Shown in pieces: positions 37,459 through 47,125 of a DNA stretch of 64,000 nt. A program made the position numbers and the translations under genes. The notes beneath the pieces are model-generated. The model was not told the DNA's origin. It made no database searches and saw only the letters and a list, made by a program, of their open reading frames with translations. Location of the stretch: positions 102,710 to 166,709 of the forward strand of contig JAINCQ010000018.1 of the NCBI GenBank assembly GCA_036574205.1, in the 5' to 3' direction. The first letter of the stretch is position 1; every line of letters begins with the position of its first letter. Source of the DNA: Elusimicrobiota bacterium. Its GTDB lineage: Bacteria > Elusimicrobiota > Elusimicrobia > Elusimicrobiales > UBA9959.

Positions 37459-39223
37459 GTTTCCTTTTTTCTATTAAAATCCATATAAGCTGAATATCTG
37501 AAACGGTTATGCCGGGAATCCTATATGCCTGAGCAAGATTTTTTGGTTTTATTCTGGACAATTTTTGTCTTGTCTCTATAGAAAGTTCATTTATTGCGTT
37601 ATAGTCAAATGAATCTGGTATCAGAACGCTTTCTATTTTTTCCATTTTTTTTATCTCTTTTTCATATCTTTGAATATATGCTGAATAAAAAATTTGATTT
37701 TTTGCGCATTCCCTTGCGTTTTCAGTTTTAAAGGGGTATATCTCATTGTCTATATTTATTTTAAGATCAGGGTTTTTTAGAAACTTTTCATATATTTTTT
37801 TATAACCTTCAAATTTCTTTTTTAGCTCCTCATTGAATATTCCAATCTCAAGTGCCCGCTCAAATAATCTTATATCAGCGTTTTCCTGCCTTAACATAAT
37901 CCTGAATTCTGCTCTTGATGTAAATATTCTATATGGTTCATCAACCCCTCTTGATATAAGATCGTCAATCATAACTCCTATATAAGCTTCATTGCGTTTT
38001 AAAATAAAAGGTTGTTTTAGATTAATTTTCATTACAGCATTTATCCCGGCAATAAGTCCTTGCGCTGCTGCCTCTTCATATCCAGTTGTCCCATTTATTT
38101 GACCGGCTAAAAAAAGATTTTCAATTATTTTTGATTCAAGTGTATAATTTAAATCCCTTGGATCGCAAAGATCATATTCTATAGCATAACCAGGTCTTAT
38201 TATCTCAGCGTTTTTTATTGAATCTATAGAGTTTATTATTTCAATTTGAACATCTTCACTTAAACTTGTAGAAAGCCCGTTTACATAATATTCATTTGTT
38301 TTAAATCCTTCTGGTTCAAGAAATATATGATGAGTCTTATGATGTGGAAATTTATGAATTTTGTCTTCTATAGAAGGACAGTATCTTGGTCCAATAGTTT
38401 TTATCTTACCGGAGTATAAAGCGCTTTTTGATATATTATTGTTTATTATCTCAAAAGTCTTTTCAGTTGTTCTGGTTATCCAGCACGGTAAAAAATTCCT
38501 TTTGTTAAGTTCTTCTTCATCGTAGAATATGGAGAAAGGCTTTGCGGGAGAATCTGACGGCTGTTTATCGCATAGTTCAAATTTTATTCCCCTTCCATTT
38601 AATCTCATAGGGGTGCCGGTTTTAAACCTCAAAATTTTTAATCCACATTCTTTTAAAGAGTTTGAAAGGTAATCTGATGGTGGTTCATTGTATCTTCCTC
38701 CCGAGGATGTAAATTGTCCGATATGTATAACACCTTTTAAAAATGTTCCTGTTGTAAGTATAACAACCTTTGATTTATAAATTACATTTCTTTTTGTTAC
38801 TACTCCAGAAAGTTTCGAACCTACTATATAAAGAGATATAACTTCATCTTGCATTAGAAATAAGTTTTTAGCTTGCTCAAGGTGTCTTTTCATGTTAATA
38901 TGGTATAGGTTCTTATCGCATTGAGCTCTTGGAGAACGGACCGCCGGGCCCCTTGATGTATTTAAAAGATGATAGTTTATAGCGGATAAATCTGTATTAA
39001 GTCCAATGTATCCGCCTAAAGCATCTATCTCTTTAACTATCTGCCCTTTTCCAGTTCCACCTATTGATGGGTTGCAACTCATTTTGGCAATAGTATCAAG
39101 GTTTTGTGTTATTAAAAGAGTTCTGGCACCTAACTTTGAGGATATAAGAGATGCTTCACAACCTGCATGTCCCCCACCAACTACTATAATGTCAAATTCT
39201 TGAGGATAGGTAAAATAAGGCAT
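37430..39223 (-). CDS. mnmG: tRNA uridine-5-carboxymethylaminomethyl modification enzyme
   Basis: VVGGGHAG, MSCNPSIGG, GPRYCPSIEDK, AGQINGTTGYEEAAAQG. Confidence 0.97.
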   Translation of the reverse strand: MPYFTYPQEFDIIVVGGGHAGCEASLISSKLGARTLLITQNLDTIAKMSCNPSIGGTGKGQIVKEIDALGGYIGLNTDLSAINYHLLNTSRGPAVRSPRAQCDKNLYHINMKRHLEQAKNLFLMQDEVISLYIVGSKLSGVVTKRNVIYKSKVVILTTGTFLKGVIHIGQFTSSGGRYNEPPSDYLSNSLKECGLKILRFKTGTPMRLNGRGIKFELCDKQPSDSPAKPFSIFYDEEELNKRNFLPCWITRTTEKTFEIINNNISKSALYSGKIKTIGPRYCPSIEDKIHKFPHHKTHHIFLEPEGFKTNEYYVNGLSTSLSEDVQIEIINSIDSIKNAEIIRPGYAIEYDLCDPRDLNYTLESKIIENLFLAGQINGTTGYEEAAAQGLIAGINAVMKINLKQPFILKRNEAYIGVMIDDLISRGVDEPYRIFTSRAEFRIMLRQENADIRLFERALEIGIFNEELKKKFEGYKKIYEKFLKNPDLKINIDNEIYPFKTENARECAKNQIFYSAYIQRYEKEIKKMEKIESVLIPDSFDYNAINELSIETRQKLSRIKPKNLAQAYRIPGITVSDIQLIWILIEKRKHGRKNKIVD

Positions 39224-39224
39224 A

Positions 39225-39959
39225 TTATTCCAGTAAAATCAATTTGAATATGTTAGCAGGAAATATGTTTGTTTTATAAATTACAAATCCATAATAAAAG
39301 CTTAAAAAAGCTGAAAAGAGAAGCAGGAGTAAAAGTCTGTTTATTGATATATCATATCTGGTTTTAATCATCTTAATGAAATAGATTATATATATTATGC
39401 CAAAAAATAGATTTGAAATAGTAAATATGATTTCATTTTTTAGATACTGTCCCAAAAAAATAAATGGTTCTGAAATTATAGTTATTAGATAGAGGGATAT
39501 TATTACTTTAACAAGCGTTATGTAATCGTGTATTTCGTTTTTTATAAATGGATAAAAGATAAGTGGTGTAAAAATGAAAAAAGCCCAGGAGAAAAAGGTA
39601 TTTCTAAAAATAATAGGGGTTGAGATTAAGATTGTAAATATAAAACAGGTTGCAAAAAAATATAAAAAGCGTTCTGCTTTTTTAAGTCCATATGTTAAAA
39701 TAGGCAAAAAAATAAATAGATTTATAAAAATTGAGAGCATTGACGATGCGGCAAAATCTGAAATAGTTTGTTGTGGCAATCCTAATTTTTCAAATGATAT
39801 CTCTGGAGGAAAATCATGAGGAGTTATAATGTTAAAGAAAATTCTTGTTATCAAAGAAATAAAAAATATAATTATAAAAAAATTCCATTTAATTTCATCT
39901 ATGTGGCTTGCGTATTCTTTTGGTTTTTTGAAAAATAATTTTATTTTATCAATCATCAT
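39225..39959 (-). CDS. Hypothetical polytopic membrane protein (likely ATG at 39959)
   Basis: About 7 hydrophobic segments; ATGA overlap with the mnmE stop. Confidence 0.7.
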   Translation of the reverse strand: MMIDKIKLFFKKPKEYASHIDEIKWNFFIIIFFISLITRIFFNIITPHDFPPEISFEKLGLPQQTISDFAASSMLSIFINLFIFLPILTYGLKKAERFLYFFATCFIFTILISTPIIFRNTFFSWAFFIFTPLIFYPFIKNEIHDYITLVKVIISLYLITIISEPFIFLGQYLKNEIIFTISNLFFGIIYIIYFIKMIKTRYDISINRLLLLLLFSAFLSFYYGFVIYKTNIFPANIFKLILLE

Positions 39960-41323
39960 TTTCCCACACAAAAATTGCTGAAAATACTTTCAAGTATATC
40001 TTCAGATATTGTCTTGCCGGTTATTTCTTCAAGTTCGCTTAAAGCTGATCTAATATGTTCTGCTATTATTTCATACTGCATTCCTTTTATAAATGATTTT
40101 GATAAATTAATTTCTTTAGCTGCATTTAAAAGACATTGATAATGTCTTTCTGATATGGAAATTTCCTCATAGGTATCATCTATTACCACTTCTTTTTCTC
40201 TGGTTATTAAATCAATAAGTTTATCGATGTTTTTACCTGTTAAAGATGAGATAATAAGAGAGTCTTTTTCAACTGGTCTTTTTGGTGAAAGATCTCCTTT
40301 GGAATATACATAGATAAGTTTTGTATTTAAAGAAATATTTTCCGATATGATTTTTTCGCATATTTTTTCACCCTCTGTTAAAGGGGTGGTTATGTCTTTT
40401 AAAAAAATAACTATATTTGCTTTTTTTATAGCTTCCTTTGTCCTTTTAATCCCCTCTAATTCAATTTCATTTTCAACATTTTCCCTTATACCAGCGGTAT
40501 CTATAAAAGTTATTTTAAAGCCGTTTAATTCAATTTTTTCTTCTATAGTATCCCTGGTTGTTCCAGGGATGGGAGATGTTATTGCTCTTTCATATCCCAT
40601 AAGTTTATTCATAAGTGAAGATTTTCCGCTATTTGGGACTCCCACTATTGCTATTTTAATTCCATTCTTTATGTAGTTTGATTGTTGAAATGCTTTTGAA
40701 AGTAATAAGACTTCTTTTTCAACTTTTTCAATTTTAGTGTAATATTTTTCAGAATCTAAATCATCTAGTTCTTCATAATTATCATCAACTCTAACTTCTA
40801 TTTCTGCAAGGAGGTCTATTAAATTTTTTCTTATATCTTCAACCTTTTCCCTTAACTTTCCTTCAAGATTATTCATTATAATCCTATGTTCTTTTTCTGT
40901 TTCTGCCTTTATAAGTTCATTTACAGCTTCAGCCTGAGAAAGGTCTATTTTACCATTTATAAATGCTCTGAAAGAAAACTCTCCATTTTTTGCCTGCCTT
41001 GCTCCATTTCTTATAGCAAGTTCCATAATTTTTTTTACTATATAAGGCGAGTTATGACAGAATATTTCAACCATATCCTGTGATGTATAGCTTTTTGGTG
41101 CAACGTATGTTAAAACCATTGCTTGATCTATGGTATTTAATTTTTCATCTTTTATTTTAACAAGGTAAGCCTGATTTGGCTTTGGTTTTTTAAATGCTAA
41201 ATTTGGATACATAATTTTGCTGGATATCTTAAAAGAATCAGGACCGCTCATTCTTATAATGGCTATTGCTCCTTCCGGACCGCTTGCAATAGCTATTATG
41301 GTATCGTCATTATTACTATACAT
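39956..41323 (-). CDS. mnmE: tRNA modification GTPase
   Basis: DTIIAIAS, GVPNSGKSS, PGTTRD, DTAG, FSNFCVGK. Confidence 0.97.
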   Translation of the reverse strand: MYSNNDDTIIAIASGPEGAIAIIRMSGPDSFKISSKIMYPNLAFKKPKPNQAYLVKIKDEKLNTIDQAMVLTYVAPKSYTSQDMVEIFCHNSPYIVKKIMELAIRNGARQAKNGEFSFRAFINGKIDLSQAEAVNELIKAETEKEHRIIMNNLEGKLREKVEDIRKNLIDLLAEIEVRVDDNYEELDDLDSEKYYTKIEKVEKEVLLLSKAFQQSNYIKNGIKIAIVGVPNSGKSSLMNKLMGYERAITSPIPGTTRDTIEEKIELNGFKITFIDTAGIRENVENEIELEGIKRTKEAIKKANIVIFLKDITTPLTEGEKICEKIISENISLNTKLIYVYSKGDLSPKRPVEKDSLIISSLTGKNIDKLIDLITREKEVVIDDTYEEISISERHYQCLLNAAKEINLSKSFIKGMQYEIIAEHIRSALSELEEITGKTISEDILESIFSNFCVGK

Positions 41324-42122
41324 TTTGATTGGGAGCCTGGATAGAAGAGTTTGAACTATTTTCCTGCTTTTGCTCGTTTTCTTGTTTTCTTTTTGGAACA
41401 GGTTTTATAACAACTCTTCTGATTTTTCCATATCCCATGGAAAAAGTTGTGTAATCAGGATATTTTTCTTTCACGATTTTGTGAATTATTTTTCTAAAAG
41501 GTGGAGCCATAGGTTTCATTTTATATGGTTTTTTAGTCCTGTTTATGAATTCTATGGCATGTTCAATATCTCTTTTTATCCTGTTTTCAGCTTTTGCCCA
41601 GAATTCTTCGGTATCAAGTTTTATTGTAATCTTTTTTTCAGGATTTTTGTTCAATATGACGCTTATTGTCTGACTTAATGATAAAAGTCCTTTTGCATTA
41701 TCGTATAACAAAAGTCCAGCATCTGGAGATTGAAAATTTATATAAACTGTATTGGATTCTTTATCATAAGATTCATCAAGGATTTTGAATTCTATCTTTG
41801 AAAGAGTAAAAATATCATTTAAAAGATTTTTTACATCTTCAAGAATATTCCCTGTTGGCTGAAAATTTTTTACTGAATTTATATCTATATTTAGTTCTTT
41901 TGTTGATTCTTGCTTTTTTATCTCTTTTTCATCTCTCCATATTTTTTCTCTCAGTATTACACATGCGTTTTTTGATCCAAAACCAAGAATTCCCTTTTTT
42001 TCTTCGTTTATAACTTCTACTTCAACCTGTTCCCTTCTTAATTGTAATTTTGAAAGTCCTTTCTCTATTGCCTCTTTGACGGTTTTTGCCTCTACTTTAA
42101 TTTCTCTCATAAAGTCCTCCAT
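41316..42122 (-). CDS. jag: Jag/EloR (KhpB) RNA-binding protein
   Basis: Jag_N (AKTVKEAI..KKGILGFG), R3H (RKIIH); position between yidC and mnmE. Confidence 0.85.
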   Translation of the reverse strand: MEDFMREIKVEAKTVKEAIEKGLSKLQLRREQVEVEVINEEKKGILGFGSKNACVILREKIWRDEKEIKKQESTKELNIDINSVKNFQPTGNILEDVKNLLNDIFTLSKIEFKILDESYDKESNTVYINFQSPDAGLLLYDNAKGLLSLSQTISVILNKNPEKKITIKLDTEEFWAKAENRIKRDIEHAIEFINRTKKPYKMKPMAPPFRKIIHKIVKEKYPDYTTFSMGYGKIRRVVIKPVPKRKQENEQKQENSSNSSIQAPNQNV

Positions 42123-42124
42123 TT

Positions 42125-43660
42125 TTATATGGCTTGAGATTTTTTTAAGTAATAATTTTGTATTATTGAAAAAACACTATTGATTATCCAGTATAATACA
42201 AGTCCGCTTGGGAAAGTGAGAAACAGGAAAGTAAATATAATCGGCATCCATTTCATTACGGAGGCCTGGGCATTGTCAGCTACTGGTTGTGGGGTAATGT
42301 AATTTTGCGCAAACATCAAACCACCCATAAGCAGCGGTAAAACATAATAAGGATCTTTGTCTGAAAGATCTTTTATCCAGAAAATAAACTTTGCTCCGTG
42401 AAGATCCCATGAATTTCTGAGCGTGGTAAAAAGAGCAAAAAATATTGGTATTTGAATAAGCATTGGCCAGCATCCTGAAAAGGGATTTGCTCCATATTTT
42501 TTATAAAGCTGCATAAGCTCGGCATTCATCCTTTGTGGATCTTTTTTATAACGTTCCTGTATGGATTTCATTTCGGGTTGCATTTTCTTCATTATCCCCA
42601 TTGCTTTATATGATTTCATAGATAGCGGATACATAACAATCTGTATCAAAGCGCTTAGCAAAATTATGGCAACGCCGTAATTTTGGGTATGTTTGTAAAA
42701 ATATTTTAGAAGAGAATTAGCTATTTTAGCAAATGGAGCAAAAAAACCGAAATCAACGCTAAGGTGGAGTCCATTACCAAGAGTTTTTAAGAGAGAATAG
42801 TCCTTGGGTCCAGAGTAAAATTTAATTTCTATTTTTTTTGTAGTTTGGGGCTCAAGAATAAATTGTTTTGTTATGATTTTTACCCCTGGAGCTTTGTGAC
42901 CGTCTATATTGGTTTCAAAGTATTTTAATCCTTCAAACTCGCCGTTATTCATTACAGCAAAAAGGAAATATCTATTATCTATGGCTGTCCATAGCCAGTC
43001 AGATTTATTATAATCGGATGAGATTTTTTCTATTACCGGGTTTTTTCTGCCTTCCCTGTTATAGGAATATATGCTTTTCCACAGTTCGGGGTTTTCTTTT
43101 TCTTCGCTTTTTACAGTATTAAGTCCTGGACCAAGAGAAATTTCTGTTTGAGGTATAGAGTAAGGTTTTTTACCGGGATTTTTGAATTCAATAATTAGAG
43201 AGTTCATTAGATTGTTTTGAGATGTTGAAAGCGTTTTTGTTACCTCTATTTCTTTTTTGGCTAAAACGGTTATAGAATCGGAGGTTTGCGATATTTTTTT
43301 ATAATCAAAATTACCAAAAGCTGAAAGAAAAGGATAATTTTTATCCATTATAAGATCAATATCCTGAATCGGACCGGAATATATGACGCTGTTTATTGAA
43401 AGGTCAGAGTTCAGAAGATATCTTGCTTTTTCATTCTTTATTTCATATATCACATTACTTCTTTTGGCCTCTTTTGGAGTTTCAATTAATTCAATTTTTT
43501 TGGCTTCTTTTGCTTTTTCGGTTATATTTTGAATATTTTTAGTATTATATTGTTCAGGATTTTGCAGATTTGCAGTTTTTTTAGGTGGAATTACCCACGT
43601 AAACCATATTATATAAATAAGCGATGATAAGACAAGGGCTATAATAAGATTTTTTTGCAT
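42125..43660 (-). CDS. yidC: Membrane protein insertase YidC
   Basis: VDFGFF, NYGVAII, GCWPMLIQIPIFFA, WIKDLS..DPYYVLP, GLVLYW. Confidence 0.96.
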   Translation of the reverse strand: MQKNLIIALVLSSLIYIIWFTWVIPPKKTANLQNPEQYNTKNIQNITEKAKEAKKIELIETPKEAKRSNVIYEIKNEKARYLLNSDLSINSVIYSGPIQDIDLIMDKNYPFLSAFGNFDYKKISQTSDSITVLAKKEIEVTKTLSTSQNNLMNSLIIEFKNPGKKPYSIPQTEISLGPGLNTVKSEEKENPELWKSIYSYNREGRKNPVIEKISSDYNKSDWLWTAIDNRYFLFAVMNNGEFEGLKYFETNIDGHKAPGVKIITKQFILEPQTTKKIEIKFYSGPKDYSLLKTLGNGLHLSVDFGFFAPFAKIANSLLKYFYKHTQNYGVAIILLSALIQIVMYPLSMKSYKAMGIMKKMQPEMKSIQERYKKDPQRMNAELMQLYKKYGANPFSGCWPMLIQIPIFFALFTTLRNSWDLHGAKFIFWIKDLSDKDPYYVLPLLMGGLMFAQNYITPQPVADNAQASVMKWMPIIFTFLFLTFPSGLVLYWIINSVFSIIQNYYLKKSQAI

Positions 43661-43681
43661 TTAAACCTCCAGATTAAAAAA

Positions 43682-43924
43682 TCATTTAAGTGGATCGTAT
43701 CCACCTTTAGAGAATGGATTGCATCTTATAATTCGTGATACGGATAGATAAAAGGCTTTTATTGGATTATATTTTTTAAAAGCCTGTCTAGAATATTCAG
43801 AACAACTTGGCTCATATTTACAAGAAACAGGCCCTATTATGATTCTGGTTGATTTCCAGAAAAGCCAGGCAATATCAATTGCTCTTAAATATATTGTTTT
43901 TAATGAAAAGTTTTTTGAGTTCAT
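43682..43924 (-). CDS. yidD: Membrane protein insertion efficiency factor
   Basis: CKYEPSCSEY, RIIRCNPF.KGGYDP. Confidence 0.92.
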   Translation of the reverse strand: MNSKNFSLKTIYLRAIDIAWLFWKSTRIIIGPVSCKYEPSCSEYSRQAFKKYNPIKAFYLSVSRIIRCNPFSKGGYDPLK

Positions 43925-44243
43925 TTTCTACGCGCATATAATTTATTTTCCCGCAAATTTTTTTTGGTTTTATTATAAATAATTTTTGCGGTTTTATATT
44001 GTCTCTATTAAGCCTGAAAAATTCTCTTATAAGCCTTTTTATCCTGTTCCTTTGAACAGCTTTACCCGTATCTCTTTTAACTATTATGCCAAATTTAAAG
44101 TCGGGTTTTTCAGTTTTTTTTTCTAAGAGATCATAAATGTATATAACAAACGAAGGAGATTCTTTTCTCCCTCCTTCAGTTTGAACTTTTAAAAAAAGCC
44201 TTCTGGTTTTAAGCCTTATATCTGAAAAACTATACTTTTTCAC
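43875..44243 (-). CDS. rnpA: Ribonuclease P protein component
   Basis: GKAVQRNRIKRLIRE. Confidence 0.93.
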   Translation of the reverse strand: MKKYSFSDIRLKTRRLFLKVQTEGGRKESPSFVIYIYDLLEKKTEKPDFKFGIIVKRDTGKAVQRNRIKRLIREFFRLNRDNIKPQKLFIIKPKKICGKINYMRVENELKKLFIKNNIFKSN

Positions 44244-44381
44244 TTATTCCGGAATAAGTTTAGCTCTGCCTTTTTTTCTTCTCCTGGCAAGCAACTTTCT
44301 TCCGCCTTTTGTTTTCATTCTGGCTCTAAAACCTATAGTTTTTTTTCTTCTTCTGACATTTGGTCTATATGTTGGTAACAT
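44244..44381 (-). CDS. rpmH: 50S ribosomal protein L34 (not in the ORF track)
   Basis: Manual translation [45 protein letters not shown]. Confidence 0.95.
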   Translation of the reverse strand: MLPTYRPNVRRRKKTIGFRARMKTKGGRKLLARRRKKGRAKLIPE

Positions 44382-44407
44382 AACTCATATATTATACAAA
44401 ATTTAGC

Positions 44408-45526
44408 TTATTTTTTTGAAATTTTAAAAATTATTGGCTGGTATATGGAAGGGTCAATATAAGTTATATATATATAATTTTGAGTATAAAATATTTCTTT
44501 TGCTGAGTAATACATTTTTTTATTCTTTTTAAGATCTTTTATGATGTATTCTTTGACTCCCTTAATTAATTCTTTGAAATCCTTAAATCTTATTTGTTTT
44601 ATTTCTGATTCTGTAGTTATATATGTTATTCTAAATTCTTTTTGATATTTATCATAAACAATGGAGTTTTCTCCAACGCAGTCTTTTGTAATTGCAAATT
44701 CTATTTCTTTTCCCCATTTGCCATTTTTATTTAAAAACTCATATTTTGAAAAATCTTCTATATTTGATGGTTTAATCCGGGCTATAGAAATTGATGTGTA
44801 AATATTATTATTATCTGGAGAAAACCTTAGAGTTATATATAAAAATCTTCCTTTTTTTATTATAGAATCTCCAATTATTATTCCGGAAGAGTAAAATTTT
44901 TTGACTCTTTCAAATTTAAATTTTGATATATCTGGAGTTTCCGGGATGCTTGTTCTGACAAGACCGGTTCCTTTGACAGAAAAATCAAGAGGTTTTATTG
45001 GATTTGTCTCTATATCCATATAGTAAATATATAACTTATTGCCAATTTGTATGCCATCATTTGCCCAAAGCCTTTTTAAAAAAGGATTTTCTTCATTTTC
45101 ATATTCTATAAATTGTGTTGTTTTGCCGTTTTTTGTATAAAATTTAAAATCTGGATCTATATAGTTTTCATCTGTCAAAACATCAGAGATGGCAAGAGAA
45201 TTTGGGGGCATTTCCTTTATATCAACCAATGAATTGAAATCAAGAGTTTGGGTTGTAGTTATAGTTCCTTTGAATTTTCCAAGTATTGTGTCTCCGTATG
45301 TCCATAAAATATTCTTGCTACCATCTTTAAATTCTATCTCTATTGGGGTTGAACCATCCTGACCCAAAACAAAATTCATTCTTTTAGGAGCGAATATCAA
45401 AGAAGGTGTCTCGGAACATAAATTAATAGAAGATAAAATTAAAACATACATAGCAGATAAACGAAATGTAAAAGATCTAAGTACAGATCTTTTTTTATAT
45501 ACTATTTTGAGAAATATTGTTTTCAT
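44408..45526 (-). CDS. DUF4185/DUF5005-like beta-propeller protein (start uncertain)
   Basis: GQDG..PI, LWTYGDT, NSLA, LWANDGI....LYIYY. Confidence 0.6.
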   Translation of the reverse strand: MKTIFLKIVYKKRSVLRSFTFRLSAMYVLILSSINLCSETPSLIFAPKRMNFVLGQDGSTPIEIEFKDGSKNILWTYGDTILGKFKGTITTTQTLDFNSLVDIKEMPPNSLAISDVLTDENYIDPDFKFYTKNGKTTQFIEYENEENPFLKRLWANDGIQIGNKLYIYYMDIETNPIKPLDFSVKGTGLVRTSIPETPDISKFKFERVKKFYSSGIIIGDSIIKKGRFLYITLRFSPDNNNIYTSISIARIKPSNIEDFSKYEFLNKNGKWGKEIEFAITKDCVGENSIVYDKYQKEFRITYITTESEIKQIRFKDFKELIKGVKEYIIKDLKKNKKMYYSAKEIFYTQNYIYITYIDPSIYQPIIFKISKK

Positions 45527-45608
45527 TTAAATCGCAAATGTTTTGTGAGATTTCATATCTAAATTATATCAAAATAAAATGAGAATATAATTTTATACAA
45601 TATATTCT

Positions 45609-46265
45609 ATGTATTATTGCGATAATGGCATAGTCTTAAGGCATAGGGATTTAAACGAGGCTGACAGAATAGTTACTATTTTTACGCGTTCATATGGTAG
45701 GATTGAGGCTAATTTTAAAGGGGTAAAAAAATCAACAGCAAAGTTAAGGGCGCTTACCGAACTTTTCTGTCACTGTGATTATAGGTTTTATTTAAGGAAA
45801 TATGGATCTATACCTTTATGTATAGGCGGAAGCGAGATTTATTGTTACGCCAATCTTAGAAGTAATCTTGAAAGTATTATGCTTGCTAACTTTTTAGCAG
45901 ATGTAGTTATGAGCCTTACTCCAGTTTATCAAAGATCAGAAGAAAAATTCAATCTTTTGCTTTCTTCTTTTGATTACCTTGATAAAACTAATAAAATATC
46001 TAAATGGTTTGTAGTATGGTTTATGGCAAATATGCTTGAATATTATGGCGTTGGTTTTAAGGAAACAAATATTGGATATGAAAGCAAGTTCTGGAAGAGA
46101 ATACACACACCAGTTTTTATTGATGAAAAAATGGACGAATATGACGATATTTATCTGGATGTTTTTAATTTTATGTTGTCAAAAATAAATGAACATGCCG
46201 AGAAAAAACTGGTTTTTAACGTAAAATTGGAGGCAGATTATGTATTTTCAAAACATTATAAATAG
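45609..46265 (+). CDS. recO: DNA repair protein RecO (short C-terminus)
   Basis: [22 protein letters not shown]; upstream of glyQS. Confidence 0.88.
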   Translation: MYYCDNGIVLRHRDLNEADRIVTIFTRSYGRIEANFKGVKKSTAKLRALTELFCHCDYRFYLRKYGSIPLCIGGSEIYCYANLRSNLESIMLANFLADVVMSLTPVYQRSEEKFNLLLSSFDYLDKTNKISKWFVVWFMANMLEYYGVGFKETNIGYESKFWKRIHTPVFIDEKMDEYDDIYLDVFNFMLSKINEHAEKKLVFNVKLEADYVFSKHYK

Positions 46266-47112
46266 TCTTAATGAGTTCTGGATAAAACAGGGATGCATTA
46301 TGGTTCAACCATATGATATAGAAAAAGGAGCAGGAACTTTTAATCCGGCTACTTTTTTTGGCGTTTTGACTGAAAAACCATGGTCGGTTTGCTATGTTGA
46401 GCCATCAAGAAGGCCCGGCGACGGGAGGTTTGCCGCAAACCCAAACAGACTTGGAAAGTATTATCAATATCAGGTTATAATGAAACCGCCTCCAAAAGAG
46501 ATACAAAAAATTTATATTAAATCACTTGAATCTATAGGGATAAAAATAGCTGAACATGATATTAAATTTGTTGAGGATGATTGGGAATCACCAACTCTTG
46601 GCGCAAGCGGCATAGGATGGGAGGTATGGCTTGATGGGATGGAGATAACACAATTTACTTATTTTCAGCAGATGGCATCTTTTAATCTTTTTCCAGTAAG
46701 TGTTGAAATAACTTATGGACTTGAAAGGTTATGTATGTTTTCGCAGAAAAAAAATAATGTTTTTGATATTAAATGGAATGAAAAAATAACTTATGGAGAT
46801 GTCCATAAAGAGATGGAAAAACAGTTTTCTATATATAGTTTTGAACTAACTGATATTCAGAGATTAAGAGATGAATTTGATTATTATGAGTCTCGGGCGA
46901 GATTTCTTGTGGAAAAGAATCTTTATTATCCTGCTTATGATATGGTTATGAAGTCTTCACATAATTTTAATATGCTTATGGCAAGAGGAGCTCTTTCAGT
47001 AACAGAGAGGACTACTCTTATAAAAAAAATTAGAGATATAGCAAGGCTTTGCGCTAAAGCTTATATAGAGGATAATTCAAACAGGCAAGAACATTTAGAA
47101 AGAAAAAAATAA
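46240..47112 (+). CDS. glyQ: Glycine--tRNA ligase alpha subunit
   Basis: [40 protein letters not shown]. Confidence 0.97.
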   Translation: MYFQNIINSLNEFWIKQGCIMVQPYDIEKGAGTFNPATFFGVLTEKPWSVCYVEPSRRPGDGRFAANPNRLGKYYQYQVIMKPPPKEIQKIYIKSLESIGIKIAEHDIKFVEDDWESPTLGASGIGWEVWLDGMEITQFTYFQQMASFNLFPVSVEITYGLERLCMFSQKKNNVFDIKWNEKITYGDVHKEMEKQFSIYSFELTDIQRLRDEFDYYESRARFLVEKNLYYPAYDMVMKSSHNFNMLMARGALSVTERTTLIKKIRDIARLCAKAYIEDNSNRQEHLERKK

Positions 47113-47125
47113 ATTTGGAGAAATT

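Noticed and set aside
44382..44407. oriC/DnaA boxes upstream of rpmH
   Set aside because: Spacer is only 26 bp; the best match TTATACAAA has two mismatches and overlaps the -10 box
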